The notes below the pieces were generated by a model. It saw only the letters and a program-made list of their open reading frames with translations. It was not told where the DNA came from and made no database searches. A DNA stretch of 64,000 nucleotides from Mobula hypostoma (Eukaryota): positions 26,164,001 through 26,228,000 of the forward strand of contig NC_086104.1 in assembly GCF_963921235.1 (NCBI RefSeq). The letters run 5' to 3'. The position numbers were made by a program, and so were the translations under genes. Shown piece by piece: positions 1-12,720 of this stretch (the first letter of the stretch is position 1; the number at the start of each line of letters is the position of its first letter).

Positions 1-29
1 CCCCACCCCGCCATCTTATACGTGTTTTA

Positions 30-590
30 CAGGTGCACCATTGAGAGCATCCTAACAAGCTGAACCACCATCTGTTATGGGGGCAGTGGAGCATCTGAAC
101 AGAAGTCCCTACAATGCTCTGTGAGAATGGTTGAGAGGACCATAGAACTCTCCTTACCATTCATCTCCATTTATCAGGAGCGCTGCGTATGTAGGGCCCT
201 TAGTATTATTAAGGTTCCCACTGATATATTCAGCATCCTCATTGACTTCCAATCATCAGACAGCAGAAAACAATGCTTAAAAACAAGAACGGTCAGGATG
301 AGAAACAATTTCTTCCCCCAAGCCATTAGGCTTCTGAGCTCCTTGACACATTTTATTCAAAGTGTCACTGGTTAATCTGTTCCGTACCTTACAATATTTA
401 ATATTAATGCCCTTTAGTTTGTTATTTATGTGTGATTCATCTGTAGATTTTATCCTTACCTTCATAAGTTATCGTGTTATGCTTTACACCCTGGTTTGGG
501 GAAATGTTGTCTTGTTTCTCTATACATTATATGGTTATATATGTTAAATACATATATGTAGTTAAATGATGATAAACTTCACTTGAATTA
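30..590 (+). mobile_element. Rex1/Babar-like LINE 3' fragment
   Basis: Decayed CTIESILTS...YG motif and RMRNNFFPQAIRLL C-terminus, followed by an AT-rich tail. Confidence 0.7.
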
Positions 591-1439
591 TTGTACTAGG
601 AACCATTTAGTAGAATTATAACAGCAGAGTAGAAGGTGTCTTGAGCCTGGTTACGTGCTTGTGCCTGATGTTGGGGGTTGGGAGAAGAGAGAATATTCAG
701 GGTGGGTGCGGTCTTTGATTACACTGGCTATTTTACTAAGGCAGCAAAGAGAATAGACAGACTCCATGTAGGGGAGGCTGGTTTCCGTGATGTACTAATT
801 CATGTCCACAACTCTACATCTTCTTGTGATCATATGCTAGCTTGCTTGTTACATGGAAGCAGGAAAGTTCTTAAGTGGTTCTCTTAATCTTCAATTGGTT
901 CTTCTGGTATTTCTCCAAAATCTTAAGAATCATCTACAACAACTTTTATTTCTGCAGACTCATGCCATTTGTGATCAGTTGATGAAGAATAGATCAGAAA
1001 TGGCAGATACTTCCAAAGGAGAAGGAGAGTGATAAATATTTCAACAGTTCACCCAAAGTCAAAGGTCAACATCCATCTTGAACATCAAGAATTGTGAACA
1101 CTTTAGTATTATTTAAGTGAATACAGTAATAGACCACATCATTCCTGTTCTCTCTTAGATTCATGAAGTCATTGAGAAATACAGCATGGATGCTGGCCTT
1201 TTGGCCTAACAAGTCCATGCTGACCATTGTTCCCACTCATCTAGGCCCAATTTCTTGTGTTTGGTTCATATCTCTCTAACCCCACTGCCTCATTTACGTA
1301 TCCAAGTGCTTCTTGACTAATGCTATGTTCAGGCAGCTGGTTCTGTATTTGACTCTTAATAGCTAAATTCAAGACCTTAGGATCTAAAGTGGCATATAGT
1401 GATCCTTCTTTCTTATGCACTGCTGCCAACAAATTGGAA

Positions 1440-1760
1440 ATTGGTTATTTACCAGTACTTATTGGTTACAGGTTTATTACCACATTTACTGAAATACAGT
1501 GAAAAACCTCGTTTGCAGGCTATCTACACAGATCATTTCAACACATATCAAGAAGGGACAATAGAGGGAAGAGGCAATGGAGGACAGGTTAGTTTTCATG
1601 ATGTGCTGAGCTGTGTCCACAATCTCTTGTAGTCTTGGTCAGAGCAGTTGCCATGGCGAGCTGTGATGCATCTGGATAGGATATACCTACAGGAATTGAT
1701 GAGGGTCAGTGGGAACACGCTGAACTTCCTCAGACTTCTTAGGAAGACATGTGCCATTGT
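1440..1760 (-). mobile_element. Rex1/Babar-like LINE fragment, decayed
   Basis: Tail and internal sequence resemble the copies at 39165-40800. Confidence 0.45.
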
Positions 1761-1885
1761 TACTAATGATGTTGATTCTCAAGATCATCCAGGATGCCTT
1801 TCTGCTTAACCCAAGCAATGACTTGCATTGAGCCTGCATTTTAGTTGAGCTTGAATTGTAGATTCATGGAGTATGGGAACAGGCC

Positions 1886-2383
1886 TAAGGTTCACCAGAT
1901 TGATTCCTGGGATGGCAGGACTTTCATATGATGAAAGACTGGATGAACTAGGCTTATACTCGTTGGAATTTAGAAGATTGAGGGGGGATCTGATTGAAAC
2001 GTATAAAATCCTAAAGGGATTGGACAGGCTAGATGCAGGAAGATTGTTCCGGATGTTGGGGAAGTCCAGAACAAGGGGTCACAGTTTGAGGATAAAGGGG
2101 AAGCCTTTTAGGACTGAGATTAGGAAAAACTTCTTCACACAGAGAGTGGTGAATCTGTGGAATTCTCTGCCACAGGAAACAGTTGAAGCCAGTTCATTGG
2201 CTATATTTAAGAGGGAGTTAGATATGGCCCTTGTGGCTAAAGGGATCAGGGGGTATGGAGGGAAGGCTGGTACAGGGTTCTGAGTTGGATGATCAGCCAT
2301 GATCATACTGAATGGCGGTGCAGGCTCGAAGGGCCGAATGGCCTACTCCTGCACCTATTTTCTATGTTTCTATGTTTCTATGT
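1886..2383 (+). mobile_element. CR1 LINE 3' end (young)
   Basis: ORF2 C-terminus RFTRLIPGMAGLSYDERL...FFTQRVVNLWNSLP, CR1 3' UTR and (TTTCTATG)n tail. Confidence 0.92.
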
Positions 2384-2635
2384 AAACCACAATCTCTGTA
2401 CCGACCATAATGCCAATTTAAACTAATCTCATCTGCCTGCATGTGGTCTATGTCTTTCCATACCCTGCTATTTCTTGTGTGTCTCTCTAAGTCCCTCTCA
2501 TACTTAGGAATCTGCTTCCACACCTTCTCTGGTAGTGTGTTCCAGGTACCTAACACTCTCTGTGTAAAAATCTTGCCTCTTAAATCTTGCTTAAACTTTC
2601 ACCTTAAAGCTATGCCCTCTGGCATTTCGTGTTTT
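2384..2635 (-). mobile_element. CR1 3' fragment
   Basis: Decayed FTQRVLGTWNTLPEKV motif, lying tail-to-tail with the preceding CR1. Confidence 0.7.
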
Positions 2636-3183
2636 CATTAACTTGTCCAACTGTATTAGTAAACATAAGAATTAAATACTCCTTACTAAGCAACTTATAG
2701 TCGTTTATCAGCAGAGAATGTTCCATTAATTACATCATTATTATTTGAAAATATATACACCTAAACAAGTCATTCCTACTAGCTTATATTATCAACAAGC
2801 TTACAATTTAATGTAGACTTACAATCAAAACATTGGCCTAAGATTTATTCCTGCCTATTTAAAGGGAAACCTGCCACAAGCTTTGAACCACAAAATTTAG
2901 TGATACTTTTACAAATTTATCAGTGTAGTATGCATAATATTACACCATGTATTTAAAATCTCAGGTAGTTGCCTTGCTTATATTTTAGCATAAAATGCTT
3001 CTCTCATTCACATCAAATGCACTGAACTCCACAGACAATATATTTGAATTTACCCTGAGTGTGTAAGAGGGTGGGAAAAATTTGATGGGAATATGGAGAA
3101 AAAAAGTTACAATGAAAATTAGTGGGGTACAGGCCAGCATAGACATGTTAGCCTGAAATAATCTCCTTCTACATTGTAAGGAA

Positions 3184-3500
3184 ATAAATAAATAAAGGCA
3201 TCCGTTAGTCTTGCGAGACTATGGATCTGCGCCTGGAAAGTCTTCACTTTCCAGGGCGCAGGCCTGGGCAACGTTGTGTGAAAGACCCGCAGTTGGCCAT
3301 GCTGCAAGTCTCCCCTCTCCATGACACCAATATTGTCCAAGGGAAGGGCATTAGGACCCATACAGCTTGGCACCAGTGTCATCGCAGAGCAATGTGTGAT
3401 TAAGTGCCTTGCTCAAGGACACAACACGTTGCCTCGGCTGGGGCTCAAACTCACGACCTTCAGGTCGCTAGTCCAATGCCTTAACCACTTGGCCACGTGT
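3184..3500 (-). mobile_element. tRNA-derived SINE with CORE-like domain and (TTTA)n tail
   Basis: Minus strand has an A box (TGGCCAAGTGG), a B-box-like GAGTTTGAGCC and GTGTCCTTGAGCAAGGCACTTAA. There is a perfect hairpin near the tail. Confidence 0.8.
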
Positions 3501-3799
3501 CCACTGGAAGGAAGTATGGAAATATAAATGTTCCCAGTAATTCCTGGGTTTTATTCTCCCCATTATCCAGAATTTACAGTCGGTGGAGAAGTGATCTTGA
3601 AGAAAGATTTCAGATTTCTGGTGATCCCTGTGGCAAGATCTGCCCTCCCGTCAGGTGACAGTTCATGGTGTCTAGTTATTGTAATAGCATTAAGCTGGTG
3701 CACATTGAGGAACCCTTATAGATAGCCTACCAGGGAGTTAAAATGAAAAATGGAGCTTGCACATCTGGCTATGGTGTGATCTGAAATATCAGAAGTAAA

Positions 3800-4112
3800 T
3801 TCAAGATTCAAGATTGTTTAATGTCATTTCCAATACACAAGTGTAAAGGAGAACAAAATGATTGTTACTCCCGATCCAGGGCAGCAGATAAACTACAAAA
3901 GATAAAGAACATGAAGATAATAAAGAAAACACAATAAGTATAAATACAGAAGATAGTTTATATACATTGATTGTGTGTCAATAAAGTGATGCTAGGATGT
4001 ACACGAGATGACTGACAGGAGATAATAAAATAGTGGTGGAGTTAGTGGGTGGAGGTGTTGATCAGCCTTACTGCTTGGGGAAAGTAATTGTTTTTGAGTC
4101 TGGTGTTCCTGC
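3800..4112 (-). mobile_element. Rex1/Babar-like 3' tail
   Basis: Reverse complement resembles 38640-38930; ends in (TCTTGAA)n. Confidence 0.6.
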
Positions 4113-5382
4113 CGCTGGGTGATGGGGTGGAGAGGCATCGCTACCAAAGGAGGTGTAAGGCACTCTCTTCCTCCTAGCCTACAGGTCACCCTTGGGCAAG
4201 GTGTAGCATCTGCTTTAACCCACCCGATCAGGGTCATATGAAGCTATGGGAGCAGGTAGTGGATGGTCAAAGAGGTTACTTGTTTGGCACCTTTATGTTG
4301 TTTTACCTTTAACCATGACATTTGACCTTTACAATCCTTTATATTTAGTAGTTATGTGAAGGAACTACAACGCTTGTGCACATACAGTCTGTAAAATATA
4401 TTTGCAAAGCAATAGCCATAGATTAATACCTTGCTAAAGACTAGATTAAAGCCTGACATTAGCATGACCAGTCCAAACTTGTTCTGAGGTCAACCGCTTA
4501 CAACTGTCTTCCTAATCCAGCGTAAATGCTGTAAATCCAACAGGTTTAAACATGCTGTTCACATGCCTGTAATATCGAGCAAACTATCCTGGTTCTGGAT
4601 AAAGTCAGCATGGCCTACACTGATCCAAGTGTGGATGTTTCTCAAGAACGTACACCCACCCCACTATCGACCTGATTTATGTAAACAAGATGATCAGGCC
4701 GGGATTGGCAGGCCAGACTGTCATTTAGATCTCATGTAATAAAGCAGAGGATTATCAAAGTATTTTACAGCAGGGCTAGTTTGCAGCTAACTTAAAATCA
4801 TAACAGCTCAAATGATTACACTTGTGGTCTGCGGTGGACTGCTGAATCACTAACTGCAGCTTCTTAGCTTCCATATTAAACCACACACATATGGAAATAC
4901 CAAAGATACCCTCAGTTTCATTAAATACGGACAGTGATGGGTAAAACTTTCACTGGCATTTACGACCACAGACTCCCAATGTGGTGAATTATTGCAAAGT
5001 AGGCTAGTAGAAATATAGCTACTTTATAGGGTCACAAATGTTATACAGAATAGTTTTGTAAATTTATTTACTACTTTTAAAAACTTCTGTAAGCTCGCTG
5101 CAATGCGCAAAATACACGAAAACTAGTAATAAACTGCTCAGACATCAGAGGAAGCTGATTTTATTTATTTTGCCATTAAAAGCCAAATTAACATTTCTGT
5201 AAATCTTCATAAAACCTGGATCATCTGTTTTGTTTCTTCTTCTATCCATCATCCCCTGTTCTATCATTTAATTTCTTATGATTTATACTAATTTTTACCT
5301 CATAGACCCAGTGTACAGTATGAGTAGATTTTGGCAATGAAACGTGAAGGGTTACGACATCTGAAGTGTCGTGTTACACCCC

Positions 5383-5895
5383 TGGAACTTATGGAAGGCC
5401 AGGGAGGAAATTACAGAGGCCCTTGTAGAAATATTTGTTTCTTCGTTAGCCACTGGTGAAGTTTCAGAAGATTAGAATGTGGCTAGTGCTGTTGAATTGT
5501 TCTAGAAAGTTGGCAAGGAACTGCCAGGCAACTACAGGCTGGTGAGTCTGCCTTCAGTTGCAGGGATGTTAATGGAGGGAATTCTGAGGGATAAGATCTA
5601 CCATTGTTTGGATAGCCAAGGCCTAACCTGAAATAGATTATGTTTTGTGATTTTGTCAACCTTCTTTTGTGTGCGGGAGGTCATATTTAATGAATCTTTT
5701 GGAGTTTTTTTGACGAGGTAACTAAGAGGTTAGATGATGGTAAGGGTAGTGAATGCTGTCTACATGGACTTTAGTAAGGCCTTCGACAAGGTCTCACATG
5801 GCAGGATGACCTGTAAGATTAGGTTGTATGGGATTTAGGAGGCCCAGTCAGACCTGCTTACTTGCTATAATACTCTGTGATTCTATGGCTTTATG
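5383..5895 (+). mobile_element. CR1 RT fragment, decayed
   Basis: GNYRLVSL...VYMDFSKAFDKVSHG motifs. Confidence 0.75.
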
Positions 5896-6529
5896 ACAGT
5901 GAAAAATTAAAGTTAACAGGATATAATATAAATACGTTTTCCATAATTTTAACTGAATATAGGAAACTGCACTGAAGCAATTATTATTAACTCTTGTCTT
6001 TTGATTTTAATTGATTAGCAATGTTTGTAAGCTAGACATAAAATGGTAACAAAGCAAACGTTACATTTTACACACAGATTAGACAATTAGGGCAAAGGGT
6101 TTGCTTAACATTGTAGATATGTTATTGCAGTTTAATAATCTAAAATGCTAAAGATCAAACTTTATATTTTCTTACTTGTGCCTAGGTATTCTGACTGGCT
6201 TTGGATTGTAATTAAGCCGGCTTTGGTTCAACATTTTGTGAGATCTTGTAGATCCTATTAAACATAACTTCTTAAAATTAATAGCAAATGTTAGAACATA
6301 AAAAAAAATTAACAAGATGATCCCTGTTGGAACAAGACTACAGTATTTTGGCACAAACATTTACAACTGGAAAACTTCTGCATCTTTGAATTCATGGCTT
6401 CCTTTGAATTGTTGCAAAGGCGTGCAGAGTAAAGGACACAGGTTATAGTTTCTCAATTTCTAGATGCAGATTCAGGACCCTACTATTACCTTGTTGGATA
6501 TAAAGCACAGCTTTACATAAAAGTAAAGC

Positions 6530-6810
6530 AGGGCAGCAGTGTAGGTAGCAGTTAGCGTATCACTTTACAGTGCCAGTGATCACAATTTGGGGTTCAGTTC
6601 CTGCCGCTTGTAGGGGGTTCCATTTCCTTCTCACATTTCAAAGATGTATGGTTAGGGTTAGTCAGCTGTGGCATTCTATGGTGGCGTTGGAAGTGTGGAG
6701 ACATTTGCAGCCTGTGCAGCACCATCTTCGCTGATGTGATTTCATGCAAATGACACAGTTCACTCAATGGTTCGATGTTTTGATATGCATGTGATAAATA
6801 AACCTTCTCT
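6530..6810 (+). mobile_element. tRNA/V-SINE-like element
   Basis: tRNA-like head with GGTTCAGTTCC; body similar to 60875-61410. Confidence 0.55.
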
Positions 6811-6899
6811 TTATAGCTTCTTCTCATCGGGATGAAGACCAAGCCAGTTGAATGCCCTGTCATGTTAATACTTAGTGAGGTGAGTGGAATACATTAGGC

Positions 6900-7205
6900 A
6901 CGAAGAAAGATGTGAAAACACAAGAGACTGGTGAATCTGGTGCACAAAATACTGAGGAACTCAACAGCACAGACAACATTTGTTGAGGGAAATGTACAGT
7001 TAATGCTTTGAGTCAAGACCTTTGAGACAGAAGAGTGAAGGGAGATAGCCTGTATAAAGAAGTGAGTAGAAGGTGTGGGGCAGGTGCCATGTGCTTTGGG
7101 GTGATTGACAGATGGGGAAGGGATAGATGGAAAAAGTATCAGATATTTGAAGGTGAGGGTAGGTGGAGGCAACAACGGGCTGCCGATGATGGCCTTTGAT
7201 AGGAG
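6900..7205 (-). mobile_element. Penelope-derived repeat fragment, decayed
   Basis: Similar to the reverse complement of the 48780-49140 pLTR region. Confidence 0.5.
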
Positions 7206-7221
7206 CATGAAGCAAAATAAT

Positions 7222-10200
7222 GAAGGTTCTTACTCTTGAGGAATAACATCTTTCCTGATGGGGGGGTGTCACTTGGGGGTGGGGTGGGGGAGACTTGTCG
7301 TTGTGAAACAATCTCACGTTGTGGGACCTCCTCCATGGTGGTTGTAGGTGTTGTTTCTGGGCTGCAGGAAGTGGTTCTGACAGCTCTGGATGCCTTTCTT
7401 CTCTTCTCTTCTTTCTTCTCCAAGATGCACTTCGCATCTTCTGGATGTGTTGGCATCCTAAGCAGTGCATGGCAAGCTGCTCGATCTTCTGATCTATCTC
7501 AGGCCACCAGACAAAGCTTTGAGCCAATGCTTTCATTTTGACCCATGTCTAGATAACTGGCATGCAGCTCCTCCAACCCTTTAGCTCTCTTCCTAGATGG
7601 TACAACAACTCTCAATCCCCACATAAGGCAACCCCTGTCAAGGCCAAGTTTATCCCAGTGCTTGAAAAAATAGTGGAAGTGGGATGTCTGCTGCACATTC
7701 CAGCTATGTAGATCTGAAACAGTGTGGAGTCTTTTCTGGATTCCCTTTGGATCATCTCTGCCATAACAAGGAGACTTTCAATTTGTATTGGGGAGAAAAC
7801 ATGCTTTGAGAGGAGTGTCCTCTTCTATAAATGTTTCAAGTATTTCTTTTCCCAAGGGTAAGTAGGACAATTGATCAACATTTCCATGAAAGTGGGACAC
7901 CTTTCCGTGGATTGAAAATGGATACTAGTGGTTGATGGTCAGTAATGAGGTTAAACCCTAAACCGTACTCAGCGGTCGGGAACATGATACAAAGGCAATA
8001 GGGTGTTCACTTCCATCACTCGTAACGTGTGACATGACCACACCTATACCATAACATGAGACGTCACAGGCAAATTTCACTAGATGGTGTGGATCATAAA
8101 GTGTGAGTACAGTGTCTGATGTCACCATTGCCTTTACCTTTTGGAAAGCAACCTCACACTGTTTTGTCCGCTGCCATTTCTTTCCGATCTGTAGTAATGA
8201 GTTCAAGGGATAGAGCACAGTGGTAAGGTTTGGTAGGAAGCTGCTATAGTAATTGACAAATCCTAAAAAGGACCAGAGCTGTAATACATCCTTTGGCCTT
8301 GGAACATCCACCACTGTTTGAATTTTCTCACACACTTGTATAATTCTTGTGCGTCGATGGTAAGACCGCAGTAAGTGATGATTAGTTTAAAGAATTCACA
8401 CTTGTGGCGTCATGCTTTGAGAACATAACTTTCTAATCTTTGTAACACTGTCTTGAAATTTTGGAGATGTTCCTTCCATCCTTACTGGTAACAATGATGC
8501 CATCCAGGTAACAATGAGTGCCTGAACAGCCTTGCAGTAACCGGTCCATACATTTCTGCCAGAGTGCCGGAGGCGCAGAAGCTACTCCAAAAATAATCCT
8601 ATTATAGTGATAAAGTCTTTTGTGAGTGTTTATAGTAAGAAACACTTCGGACTCTTCTTCCATCTCCATCTGTAGGTAGGCCAGAGCTAAGTCCACTCTG
8701 CTGAAATGCATCTCTCCAGACAGGTTTGCAAAGATATCTGGTATCCTGGGAAGATAATCTACTTGCAGTACTGGGTTGATGGTTACTTTAAAATCACCAC
8801 AGATCCTGACAGATCCATTCTGTTTTGCTACTAGAACCACTAGCATTGCCCAAGGGCTCTACTCAAACTTGGAAAGAATTTCTTTAGCCTCCATGTGATC
8901 TAGCTCACTGGCTACTTGATTAAGGATAGGAAAAGGAACAGGACAGGCTTTGTAAAACTTGGCTGTGGCATTTTCCTTTAACACTATTTTACTCTTGATA
9001 AGTTTGAGTTTTCCAGTGCCATCTTTGAACATTGCTGTGGCATCATCCAGTATCTTTTGTAATTTGATTTCAGTTGACTCTATTGCAGAGATGTGGCATG
9101 CAAATTGTGGATGGATCTCCAATTAAATTGTAGTTTTCTCAGCCACTCATGTCCCCACAATATTGGCCTTCCTGTTTTTACCAGATAGAAGCACAATGTG
9201 GCTTGTGAGTTGTATTTATTACAAATCTCATTCCCACAGGACTTGTCTTTTCTTCAGTATAGATTCTTAGTTGGATACCTACAGGTTTCAGTTTAGTATC
9301 TTTGACCTGCCATTCAAACTTATTTTGTGGAATGCCTGAAATAGCCAAGCCAGTGTTCAATTCCATTTTAATTAATTGCCGTCCACTTCAACTAGGACAA
9401 TTTTGCTTGTCTCCTGTTAGTTTTCACATTTTAAATTTCAAGGCTACTCAGCCTGTGTCACTCTCATCATTTCTCTTCCCTGTGCAGTCCGTTTATTTTT
9501 TTGTTTGCCTGACATGTTGTTTGTATGTGTCCTACTTTGTTGCATTTTCTGCAAGTTTTGCCTCTAAATCTAATTAGTCTGGTATATGTGAGCTCCTGCC
9601 ACAACAGTTTGTTCAGTTGGGCTGGTTTCTGCTTAGATGCTGCGATTTTGTTCATGCTCATTTTTGTTCCTGACTGCAACTCAATTGGATTTCTGTCTAC
9701 TGTTTCTATTGATAGGCCTATTTCAACTGCTCTTTTAAATGTAAGTTGCATTTTAATTAGGAGCCATTTTTGAATGCTTTCTTGTAAGATTCCACAAACT
9801 AAATGATCTCTCAGTACATCATTAAATCCATTACTGAACTGACAATGCTCAGACATCTTCAATTCAGCCGCCTAAGCTGAAATGGACTCCTCTTCCTTTC
9901 GATTCTGCTGATGCAACCTAAGGCATTCTGCAATCAACAATGAGTCCTGAAGAAGAGTCTTGGCCTGAAACATCAACTGTTTATTCATTTATATAGATGT
10001 TACCTGTCCTGCTGAGTTCCTTCAGCATTTTGTGTGTATTGCTTTGGTTCTAAATGTTCTTGCATTACTTTCATTATATCAGCAAAGCTTATTCTGGCTG
10101 GTTTGGTTGGAGTACTTAAACATCCAACAGAACTGTATGCTCTTCCACCAGGTACACTCAGCAAAACTGGTACTCACTTTGCATTGGCTATTTCATTTGA

Positions 10201-10722
10201 TTTAAAATACTGCTCAGTTTGCTCAGTACACAATATTCAGATATTCATTGTGCAATCAAATGTGTCTATCTTTCGAATGTAGCCAGCCAATTCTGCTTTT
10301 TAAAATTTATGACTATTATCACCTGGTACTCACCATTTATGACCCTGTGAATTTGTCCATTTTCTGGCTGTTCTTTTAGCTCAATCATCTTTCCTATTCT
10401 GACAAAACTAGAGTTGCGCTGTTGTTTTTTACTCGACCCTTTCTTGCTGTGTTTTTTTTTTAACTTGAACATTTTACTGTCCTGCAATAGGTAGGTCAGT
10501 CATCTCCAGTTCATTTAAAACTTCCTCATCACCACTGTTACCTTTTGTAACTTCAAAACATAAAACACTGAGCTGGGGAGTGTGTGTCTTAGTTTCGTTT
10601 TTACTTTTAGTGAGAAGTGCATATATGACATTGTGGCATAATAACGTATGCCATTCACGTACTTTTACACAGCGTATAACCCATAATGAACTATTGAAAC
10701 AAAAAAAGAATGCTTAATCACA
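7222..10722 (-). mobile_element. Gypsy LTR retrotransposon, decayed (partial 5' LTR, PBS, gag-PR-RT-RH-IN; integrase core deleted, no 3' LTR)
   Basis: LTR end ...TAACA at 10540-10536, then PBS TGGTGATGAGGA (tRNA-Ser-like). Gag LRDHLVCGI and CRKCNKVGH knuckle; protease MELNTGLAIS; RT VRICGDFKVTINP...YLDGII; RH FACDVSCYGIG; IN zinc finger MKALAQSFVWWP...CLGCQ. Many frameshifts. Interrupted by a Penelope-derived insert at about 9943-10050. Confidence 0.9.
9943..10050 (+). mobile_element. Penelope-derived repeat with hammerhead-like motif, inserted in Gypsy gag
   Basis: AGTC-CTGAAGA-AGAGTCTTGGCCT-GAAA-CATC-AACT followed by the family body. Confidence 0.7.
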
Positions 10723-10724
10723 AC

Positions 10725-10872
10725 GAAAACACGAGGAAATCTGCAGATGCTGAAGATTCAAGCAACACACACAAAAAATGCTGGTGAACGCAGCAGGCCA
10801 GGCAGCATCTATAGGAAAAGGTATAGTCGACATTTCGGGCCGAGACCCTTCGTCAGGACTAACTTCTTTCAG
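10725..10872 (-). mobile_element. Penelope-derived repeat (pLTR piece)
   Basis: aaacacgaggaaatctgcagatgctg...ctggtgaacgcagcaggccaggcagcatc; near-identical to 48445-48574. Confidence 0.8.
10825..10860 (-). ncRNA. Minimal type I hammerhead ribozyme motif
   Basis: AGUC-CUGACGA-A-GGGU-CUCG-GCCC-GAAA-UG-UC^GACU. Contains both conserved core boxes, helix I (AGUC/GACU), helix II (GGGU/GCCC) and a GUC cleavage triplet. Confidence 0.7.
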
Positions 10873-10947
10873 TTCCTCATCTACCTTTGTTTTATTTTTT
10901 CTTGTTTGGGTTTTATGTTGTAGAACCAGGTACTTAATTCCTTTGAA

Positions 10948-12720
10948 AGAACATAGAACATAGAACAGTACAGCACAAGAACAGGCCCTTCTCTCATATG
11001 TTGTGCTGAACCAATTAAATTAGTAATCAAATGGCCAACAAAACTAATCCATTGTGCCTACACAATGTCCACAGCGTTCCATTTTCCTTACATTCATGTG
11101 CCTATCTAAGCATCTCTTAAAAGACCCTAATGTATCTGCCTCTACCACCAGCCTAGGCAGTGTAATCCAGGCACCCACCTCTCAATGTGTAAAGGAGTTT
11201 CTCCTCATATCTCCTTTGAAATTACCACCTCTCACCTTAAATGCATGCCTTCTGGTATTATATAATTCAACTCTGGGAGAAAGATACTATCTGTCTACTC
11301 TATCTATGCCTTTTATAATCTTATGAACTTCTATCAGATCTCCTCTCAGACTCCACTGTTCCAGAGAAAACAACCATGTTTGTCCAACCTTTTGTCATAG
11401 CAAATGCTCTCTAATCCAGGGAGCATCCTGGTAAACCTTTTCTGCACCCTCTCCAAAGCCTGAATATCCTTTCTACAATGGGGCAACCAGAACTGTATGC
11501 GATATTCCAGATGCAGTCCGACTAGAGCTTTATAAATCTGTAATACAATTTCTTGATTTTTGAACTTAGTGCATTAACTAATAGAGGCAAGCATCCCATG
11601 TGCTTTCTTAACCACCATATCACCCTGTGCAGCCATTTTCAGGGAGCTATAAACTTAGACCCCAAGATCCCTCTGTTCCTCAACACTATTCAGGATCTTT
11701 ACCTTTGACCTACCAACGTGGAACACTTCACAGTTGGCTGGGTTAAACTCCAGCTGCCATTTCTCTGTTCACATCTGCAATGATTTATATCCCATTGTAT
11801 TCTCTGCCAGTCTTCTACACTATCCATAACCAATTCCCAAATGTACTAACCCACTCATCTACATTTTCACCCTGGTCATTTATATACATCACAAAAACAG
11901 AAGTCCCAATATAGTCCCTGAGAAACACCACAAATCACGAACCTCCAGGTAGAGAATAAGTCCCTTTGAACTCTATCCTTTATCTTCAATGGGCAAGCCA
12001 GTTCTGAATAAAAACAGCCAATCCACCATATATCCCATGCATCTTAAACTTCTGGATCAGTTTCCCATGAGGGACCTTGAGCAACAGCTTATTTAAATCC
12101 ATGTAGATAACATCCACAGCTCTACCTTCAACAATCACCCTCATCTCCTCCTCAAAAAAAAATGAAGTTAGTAAGACTTGACTTGCCATGCACAAAGCCA
12201 TGCTGGCTTTCTCTAATTAGGCCAAGAATCCTAACCCTAAGAATTCTCTCCAAACACTACCACTGAAGTGAAACTGAGCAGTCTATAGTTTCCAGGATTA
12301 TCGCTGTTTCTCTTCTCGAATAATGGTACAACATCAACTACTCAACAGCCATCCGGGAAAGGGTATGGTCAAGGCCCCAGCAATCTCATCTCTTGACTCT
12401 CTCAGTAACTTCGATTATATTCTATCAGACCCTAGGGACTTATCCACCATAATGCTCTTTAAGAGACCAACACTATCCCCTCCTTTGCAATTCCATAGCA
12501 TATTAATACACTTGGCACTGATCTCCCTGTTGTCTATCTCCTTCTCCTTGGTAAATACTGATGTAAAGTGCTCATTAAGGACCACACCCACATCTTCCAC
12601 ATCCAAGCAAATGTTTCCCCCTTTATTCTTGAGTCGTCCTACCTGCTCCCTTGTTTGCCTCTTGCTCTTGATGTATATATAGAATGCCTTGGGATCTCAT
12701 TAATCCTATTTGCCAAGAAA
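10948..12720 (-). mobile_element. CR1 LINE, 5'-truncated and decayed
   Basis: Tail (AGAACAT)n on the + strand; RT motifs GRAVDVIYMDLNK...VPHGKL and DKSLGSD. Confidence 0.85.

Noticed and set aside
3420-3500. tRNA gene
   Set aside because: The tRNA-like head continues into a SINE body and tail, and there is no complete cloverleaf.
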